Part shown: positions 56,365 through 64,000 of the stretch, piece by piece | Numbering within the stretch: the stretch's first letter is position 1 | How the letters are laid out: the number at the start of each line of letters is the position of its first letter | Assembly (NCBI GenBank): GCA_964016885.1 | Contig: OZ024755.1 | Coordinates: 8,928,001-8,992,000 of the forward strand | Length of the DNA stretch: 64,000 bases | Origin: Eledone cirrhosa | Taxonomy: Eukaryota | Direction of reading: 5' to 3' | Notes under the pieces: generated by a model | Seen by the model: only the letters and a program-made list of their open reading frames with translations | Database searches by the model: none | Told to the model about the DNA's origin: nothing | Made by a program: the position numbers and the translations under genes

Positions 56365-56818
56365 TTCTCTTCACAACATTCATCACTGGTTCTCTTCGTC
56401 ACACCCAGTCACTTTCATCCTTCTTCAGCACATGATCCAGCCATCCCATCACATTTCCCTTCACAACATTCATCCCTGTTTCTCTTCCTTTCACCCAGTC
56501 ACCTTCATCTTTCCTCGGCATATGATCCAGCCATCTCATCCTATTTCTTTTCACAACATTCATCACTGGTTCTCTTCCTCTCACCCAGACACTTTCATCC
56601 TTCCTCTGCACATGATCCAGCCATCTCATCCCATCTCTCTTTACAACATTCATCACTAACTTCTATTCCTATCATCCTCTGCAATTTATTGTTTATCTTC
56701 CTTTCTCTGAGCAATACTTCACTTTTATCCAACCTTCTCTGTAGCTCCACGTTCATTACCCATGTCTCACTTCCATAAATCACAGCAGTTTTCACACATG
56801 CAACATACACCTTTCTTC
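56365..56818 (-). mobile_element. RTE LINE ORF C-terminal fragment with internal 90-bp tandem repeats
   Basis: VYVACVKTAVIYGSETW..., then RMRWLDH..RK.E..WV units starting at 56371, 56461, 56551 and 56641. Confidence 0.85.
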
Positions 56819-59513
56819 CTTTCAGTTTCAGTTAGTCAAGAGTATGATCTATTAAATACAGAGCAATGTAAAGCAAATGGATAACGAGAGCTCAGTGCAA
56901 ATAAAATAAAAACACAAAAATAAACCAAAGTGCCACATACTGACACTGGAAGGTACTTGTGGCAACAGAAAACCAAGAAATATTTTGGAGCAGTGGGGAG
57001 GTCATATATCAGGAAATTCATCGGGTCTTACAGTTGAGATGACACAAAATTAAAAGGAGTGGGGATCATATGCTGTAGTGTAGACCTGTTCCAAACCATG
57101 TCAGCATGGAAAAACAGATGTTAAAAGAGATGATGTTATGATGTTGATTCACTTACATTCCTGATTATAAAATTAATAGATTGCAAGTCTTTTTAATATT
57201 ACTTTATTTTTTAACCTCTATTTTAGTCTATAAAGTCTGATAACTCAAAAAAAAATATTAGCTGAAATTGCATTAAAAAATTGCAACAACAACTACAACA
57301 ACTACTACTACTATATGGCTGCTTAACTAATTGTCTCTCCAATAACACGTACACACATCACATATATACATACATCACACATACACACACATCACACATA
57401 CATCACACATACAGACATCACATATATACATACATACACACATATACATACATACACACATCACACATACATACATCACACATACACACATCACACATAC
57501 ACATACTTACACATATACACACATACATTCAGTCATATACGTATGTAAACACACATACACTTTTACAGTGGAGAATCTGATTCAAGTCATTAATAATTAT
57601 GGACATGAGATCAGAATGTTAATAACGAGGATTTTAGTAACAGTAATAAGTATAATAATTATTTCTAATTTAGGTACAAGGCCAACAATTTTGTGTGATC
57701 AGGAAAAGTAGCTTACATTGAGCACAGAACTTTATTTTATCAACCCCCAGTATTTCACTGGTACTTTATTTTGTCAACCACAGTACTTAAATGGTACTTT
57801 ATTTTATCAACCCCAGTATTTAACTGGTACGATAAAGATCAACAATTAAATACCATAAGGCATTTTGTCCAATGCTCAGATAACTTCCATTCCACCTCCT
57901 TCAAAGGGCCCTTAACTCTTGTTGGAGGTGTTCAGCCGCCTCAGCATTTTAAACCTTGTGGAGCCCAGCTCTCTCTCTGTCAAAACGCAGCCAAATACTT
58001 TCAGTGTAAAAAAAGAAGAGAGTGAGAGGAAGAACCAGCTCTAGTATTGGACTGTTAGTTCATCAACCTCAAAAAGATGAAAGGCAAGTTTGACTGTAGC
58101 AGGATTTGAACTCAGAGTGCAGTGAGCTGGAAGAAATACTCTGAGGCATTTAATCTGATGCCCCAACCACTCTGCCAATTCACTTCCTTAGTAATGATTA
58201 TAATAATAATAATAATAATCATTATAATTATGATGATTATGTTGATGATGATGATGTGGTGGAGGTTGCAGGGGTGGTGTTAAATGCCCCCCATGGCAAT
58301 AAATATATTTCAATATTTGGCCTACTTTCCAGCTTGATTGATTAAAGTGGAAGTATATTGCTTAGGCATCCTTTCTCGTCTTTGTTCACACATTCACATG
58401 TGTTGCGTGGGTGTCTTCTTCCCATTAGCAATCAATTGCAGCTGAATTGCGCACATGGCCCCTCCGATAAATGCTTGGTATGTAGCAAGCTTGCACTTGT
58501 TATGTTTACCCTTCTCAGAAATGACAATCTGTACATATTGCTATATACATATGGTTATTTTTTCAACCATATCTCTGTGTTGCCAAATAGTTTCTCAGTA
58601 TATGAAAGAAATAACAAATAACAACAAAATAAAAAATACTGTATATTTATTAAATATGATATTGGAATATGTTTCAACAGATTTTTCATGTCTGGGAGTA
58701 GAATTTGACTGCTAATTTTATTTTTATTTTTCCTGGTTTCCTTCATTAGACTGCGGCTATGCTGGGGCACCTCCTTTGAAGGGATTTAGTCGATCATATT
58801 ATATCCAGTAGGTAGCAAATTGTTTGAGTCGTCAGAACATTGGGTAGAATGCTTTGTAGTATTCATTTCAGCTCTCTACTCTCTAAGTTCAAATCCTGGC
58901 GTAGTCAGCTTTGCCTTTCATGTATTCGAGGTCAATTAAAAAAGTACCAGTCTAGTATTGGGGTGGATTCTTTTTCTATATCTCTTTCTCACTTCCATTA
59001 TTTCACTCCTATCCAGTTCTTCGAGAGAATGAAAGATTTCTCTGGAAGAACTGGATAGGAGATGGACTCCACCAGGTTTTAAAATGTCTTAGAAATGCTG
59101 TATTTCCGTACAGCATCACTATGACTTCTCCAAGAGTTATGGGATCAAGAGAGGGAGATTCATCATCATTTAACGTCTATCTTCCACGCTAGCATGGGTT
59201 ATTCATCATCATCATCATCATCATGATTTTATGATGATGATGATGATGAATAACCCATACTGGGTTATTATCCCCAGTATTTATATTTTCTTATTACATC
59301 TGTTTGTCCTATGTCCTATCAACTTCTAAGTTTGTCATCAATTCAATTATGTTCCTTCTCTTCTAAAGAGGCTGAACATTTCTCATTAGTCTGTCTCTGT
59401 AGTTATTTGTATGAACATAGTATGTAACTGAGACTCCACCAATGTGTATAAATATATAAAAATATAAATATATAAACATATCTAATGTGTAGGCATGCTA
59501 GCACACATTTTAT

Positions 59514-59549
<36 letters not shown>

Positions 59550-60054
59550 CATACACACACATACTTCATTATGGCTAAGTGATGAGTTTTGTTACTCTGG
59601 AGTTTCATCTGTTTACTCATAGTTTGGAACATAACTTAACAAACTTTCTTACATAAAATTATTATGAAACATTTTTAGATAAATCTAAACACTTTGAAAG
59701 AAAGAATTTTGTAACATAGATCCAAAGGCGGTTTCAGGCAGTTTAGTATCAAAAGGGTTAAACTGATAGTAGCTGGTTGTCAGTGAAGAGATAAAGTAAC
59801 ATAAAATATGAGGTGAGGTTGCTAGATCATGTTTAATGAAATTGGTTGTTGTGGGTAGAAAGATGAATGTGAAGTGGCTGTTTTGTGTATTAACCCTTTT
59901 GATATCAATCTGTCTGAGACTGCACCTGATTTATCAAACAAAATCATCCATTTTAAAGTCTGGATATTTATAGTAAAGCCTTCCATGATAGTTTTACAAG
60001 AAAGTTTTTGTTCCAGGTAGAGCGGCCTGTTCAAAAAATATATTGCAGTCTCCA

Positions 60055-60225
60055 TTTCATGCTGTGAAAACAGGTGATGGGCTTGAAACCTTTCCTGGGA
60101 GGCATGGCATGAATGCACAAAGATTGCATATCCTGAGACCCCAAAGAGGTTTCGAAAGTAACAAACTAACAATTGGAAACTGGAACATCTCAACACTTAC
60201 AGGTAAAGACCAGGAATTGTGGCAG
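60055..60225 (+). mobile_element. RTE (Rex3/Expander-like) endonuclease N-terminal fragment
   Basis: KLTIGNWNISTLTGKDQEL resembles the LxIGTWNVxTL start of the APE domain. Confidence 0.65.
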
Positions 60226-60731
60226 AGGCTAGATGCTCAGCTGGTCTTGCTTGGGGATCCAGCTGGATCAATTGGAGACAGTTACTTCTAACAGGACCCA
60301 CTGGAAGGAGTTTTAGATGGCCAAAGAACAAGAAAAAGAAGATTTTACTAAACAGCTTTAGTTTTTCAATAATTTTCAAATAAAATTGAAATATATAAAC
60401 TGTACTTCATTAAAAATATAGCAATGAAAGGAGTAATTTATACTGGTTTTGAAAAAAAGAAATAGCCATTAACTCACTCTTTTTATACTAAACCATCTGA
60501 AGCTAACCAGGATTTATAATAGGAAACTGCTCATTAAAACATTCCATTGTATTTTTACTTTAGAAAATTTTGGTAAATAATGTTATAAGTATTAGTTTAA
60601 TGATGAAATGTTAGTTATTTTATTAAATTCTTCAGAATTTATTGAAATATATATGTCCGTCTAACCCATGATAGCATGGAAAATGGATGTTAAATGCTGA
60701 TGATGTAATATATATATCGTTAGAAATACAG

Positions 60732-60860
60732 AAAGGAGGGAGGCTGAATTAAGTGCAAGAATTGCAGGCACTGGTGCAGTAATGCACCAGCTTCAGCATT
60801 CCGTAATCAGAAGAAGGGAGGTAGGTGTAAAAGCCAAACTGCCTATCTTCAATTCAGTTA
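60732..60860 (+). mobile_element. RTE (Rex3/Expander-like) post-RT fragment
   Basis: EAELSARIAGTGAVMHQLQHSVIRRREVGVKAKLPIFNS resembles the EI..RIG.A.AV...L......K.KL.I region. Confidence 0.6.
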
Positions 60861-61294
60861 AAAATCTCTATGATATGATATGACATAATTTGTTGCTTAG
60901 TCAGTAATTACTCCTCTTGATTGTTTCTTTGGTGGAATATATCACTCATATTTTGTTATTGTTGTTATTGTTCTTGTTCATTATACTGGATACCTACGAA
61001 ATATACTCAAGGAAGAAGTATGGTATAGTGCTAACTAATCAAATATTTGGCTGTATGTATAGGTACAAGCATAGTTGTCTGGGGTTTCAGAAGTTTGTAT
61101 TTGCAACTACATGGTTTCAGATTCAGTTTATTCCACTGGGTGGCACCTTGAGCAAGTGTCTTCTACTCTAGCCTTGTTTTAACCAATGCTTTATGAGTGG
61201 AATTTGGTAGATAAATACAGAGTTGAATTTTACCACACTCCTCCCCTATATAATATATATATATATATATACAGTATATATATGTATATATATA

Positions 61295-61345
<51 letters not shown>

Positions 61346-61650
61346 ATCATCATCATTTTACGTCCACTTTTCCCTGCTTGCAAAGGTGGGACGGGTATTC
61401 AGCACAGCATCTCTCCACTTGTCACAGTCCTTCGTCATCTCCACTGTTAGCTTCAGCGATCTGAGGTCTACTCTCACCACCTCCGCCCATGTTTTTCGTG
61501 GTCTTCCTCTACTGCGTCTTCCTTCAACTGGCATTTCTTGGCACTTATATATATGTATTCACAGCTTTTTTAATGTTGTTTTGTTTTTATTGCATTGTTC
61601 GGTTATAAAGTCCTTTTCCAAATCTAATTTTCACAACCTTCCATTCGCAG

Positions 61651-61738
61651 TCCAGACACGCTGTTTACCAAGTTATCCATTGCTATTTCCGAAGCAGATG
61701 TTGTCGTTACATCTGGAGGAGTTTCTATGGGAGAAAAG
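61651..61738 (+). CDS. GPHN: GPHN exon (PDTLFTKLSIAISEADVVVTSGGVSMGEK)
   Basis: Acceptor ttcgcag, donor AAG|gtgagt, 88 nt, phase 2 to 0. SGGVSMGE motif. Confidence 0.96.
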
Positions 61739-62107
61739 GTGAGTATCTTTTATTTTTTGCTCAATATAGTTTTTTTATTATCTTTTATTGAGGAGTGATT
61801 AATTTATGAATTTCTGTTTATGCTATTGTAACCTTGGAAAAATGGCTGAATAAAGGGGTATATGAACCAATTTACAATATGTTTCATCCTCAACATCATC
61901 ATTTTTATGTCAAATATTCATAGCTGGCATGGATTGGATGGATTGTTTGAGGCAATGTTTTACAGCTGGATGCCTTGCCTGCTTCCAACCCTTTTAGTCA
62001 CTTACATGCTGGGAGAAGTGTACTTATTCTAAATTGGATATACACAGTTAATACATGTACATATCTTTTGTAAATTGTTGTTGAACCTAGTTCAGTCTCC
62101 ATTAAGT

Positions 62108-62395
62108 GGAGATGCATGGCTTAATGGTAAAGATGTTGGACTTACAATCATAATGTTGTGGGTTCGATTCTTGGATTGGGTTGTGTGTTGTGTTCTTGAG
62201 CAAAACACTTCATTTCATGTTGTTCCATATACCCAGCTGAAAATGCGTACCACCAATAGCTGGGGGTTTAATCCTGCAATGGACTGGCATCCTGTCTGGT
62301 GTGGAGGGGTTGTGAGGTCTCGGTCACTTAATGCCACAGAAACTGGGATAAGCACCGGCCTGATGAGCTGCCAGGCTTGAGTCAGAGTTTCTTCT
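62108..62395 (+). mobile_element. tRNA-derived SINE family 2; relatives at 35089-35480, 45889-46008, 52766-52850 (plus) and 37420-37660, 47520-47672 (minus)
   Basis: Head gcatggcttaatggt..gggttcgattc; body gtgttcttgagcaaaacactt; central cctgcaatggactggcatcc..acagaaactgggataagc. Confidence 0.8.
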
Positions 62396-62518
62396 TTAGT
62401 TTCGATTAAACAAACCTAAGATGGAAACTGTTCCAGCCATGACCAATCCTTTTATTTTTCAGACATAACTGTTATTTAAGATAATTTAGCTATTTTGTAT
62501 TTTTTACTTTTATCTCAG

Positions 62519-62592
62519 GATTTACTGAAACAAGTTCTTGAGGAGGATTTGGAGGCTATCATTCATTTTGGAAGAGTTTTCATGAAACCTGG
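62519..62592 (+). CDS. GPHN: GPHN exon (DLLKQVLEEDLEAIIHFGRVFMKPG)
   Basis: Acceptor tctcag, donor GG|gtaaat, 74 nt, phase 0 to 2. Confidence 0.96.
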
Positions 62593-63649
62593 GTAAATAC
62601 ATTCTTTTATTTATTTAAGCAGTCAAAGAATATGGTGTTATTCTCTACAGCTAAAGGATATAAGATATAAAAAACTTAATGGAGGACCATATTGCTAGCA
62701 GTTGTGTTATGAATGAAGCAAAAAGAAGACCCGCACTTAATACTGACAGCTGTCAAAACACTCAGTATATTGTTGCTGATTATAGAGATGTGGTTGTGTC
62801 GTTCCAACTTGTACGACCTACACTATATATGTACAGCTAGATGTAATGGACTGGCGACATCTCTCTCACTTTCTTTATATATATCTCTGTCTAGCTTGTT
62901 AATTGTGATGTAAGATCAATTGACCACTTTGTAGTACATAACTGGCTTGGTTCTTTCTTTGTCTCTTCAGCAACAGTCAAATTTTGTATGGATAAAAGAA
63001 GTTTGGTAAATTGATAAAATACACTCAGTGCTCTCTTTAAATTGTTTATGTCAGTGCCTGCCACTATAAAATGTGCTGAGCACATGCTATAAAGAGTTAG
63101 TGTGGAGACACTAACAGCAGTGCTGGTGCCACGATAAAATCTCCCCAGTGTACTTTGTAAAGTGTTCGTGCTGGTGCCACAATAAAAGGCATCCAGTAAA
63201 TTCAGTAAAGTGGTAGGTTGGTGCCATGATATAATGCAGCAAGTACACTCTTGAAAGTGCTAGTTTTGCTCCACAATTATATGCTCATTGTTCACAGTGT
63301 AAAGTGGTAGTGCTGGTGCAATGATGAAATTGAGAAAGGGAACATATATTTTCAAAGAAATTGAAGAAAGGAAGAAAAGAAACATTAATTTTGTACATAT
63401 GCTCAGCAAATAACAATTACTTGTGTGCTTGCATGAGTGTATGCATGCCAGTATAGCATTACTTTTCTTCTCTGTCTCTCTCTGCTTATCGTGCCACTCA
63501 GTATGTTTACTCTTCATTTAACCCATATGTTAATTCTCTTGTTCTCTCTCTATCCCAGTCGTTATATGTTGTTAAATATGATATCAGACTAGCTTACCAA
63601 CATATATTAGGTAATGTATATTGGAGTTTCTTTTTTTTTTCTTTTGCAG

Positions 63650-63818
63650 GAAACCCACAACGTTTGCAACTATCGACACAAAACACGGAAGGAAACTAGT
63701 TTTTGGTCTTCCTGGAAACCCTGTCTCTGCAGTTGTCACGTGTAACCTGTTTGTGATTCCAGCCCTCTATCACATGTCTGGCTGTCCAACACCACGGAGA
63801 ACTGTTGTAAAAGCTAAA
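63650..63818 (+). CDS. GPHN: GPHN exon ([56 protein letters not shown])
   Basis: Acceptor ttttgcag, donor AAA|gtacgg, 169 nt, phase 2 to 0. GLPGNPVS motif. Confidence 0.95.
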
Positions 63819-64000
63819 GTACGGCCTGGCATTATTTTTATTTTATTTTATTGTTTTGTTTCTGATCTCTGCTTCTTGAATTACTGGTTTCTTATCACAT
63901 ATATTTCATATCCTCTCAATCATTGCTAAACTCACTCCTCCTCTTGTCAATCATATTGTCAACCCACCTCTAAGCATTACAGCACTAACCACTACATCAA

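Noticed and set aside
58340-58700. Cys-rich minus-strand peptide, possibly a piggyBac C-terminal remnant or nested gene (similar weak hints at 35810-36420)
   Set aside because: Contains stops and has no convincing motif or splice structure, so it cannot be supported without a search.

Overview
AT-rich, microsatellite-laden animal genomic DNA. The SINE/RTE repertoire and (TA)n/(CAT)n content suggest an octopus or other coleoid cephalopod (inference). The whole window lies inside one + strand, intron-rich gene, gephyrin (GPHN, the MogA-MoeA fusion). Ten coding exons run from the end of the G domain through most of the E domain, with consistent splice phases except across the 24-kb intron 3018-27171. 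A 22-nt and a 9-nt candidate microexon at about 10.7-10.9 kb would repair that frame. The introns hold tRNA-derived SINEs, RTE and CR1/L2-like LINE fragments, TTAA-bounded MITEs, a decayed mariner, minisatellites and simple repeats. The most notable item is a ~155-bp-arm palindrome at 6012-6347 carrying a complete type I hammerhead ribozyme on each strand (Penelope-like element architecture). There are also two degenerate hammerhead-like relatives and a 310-bp-arm long-range inverted repeat upstream of a coding exon. Most ORFs in the supplied track are translations of simple repeats.
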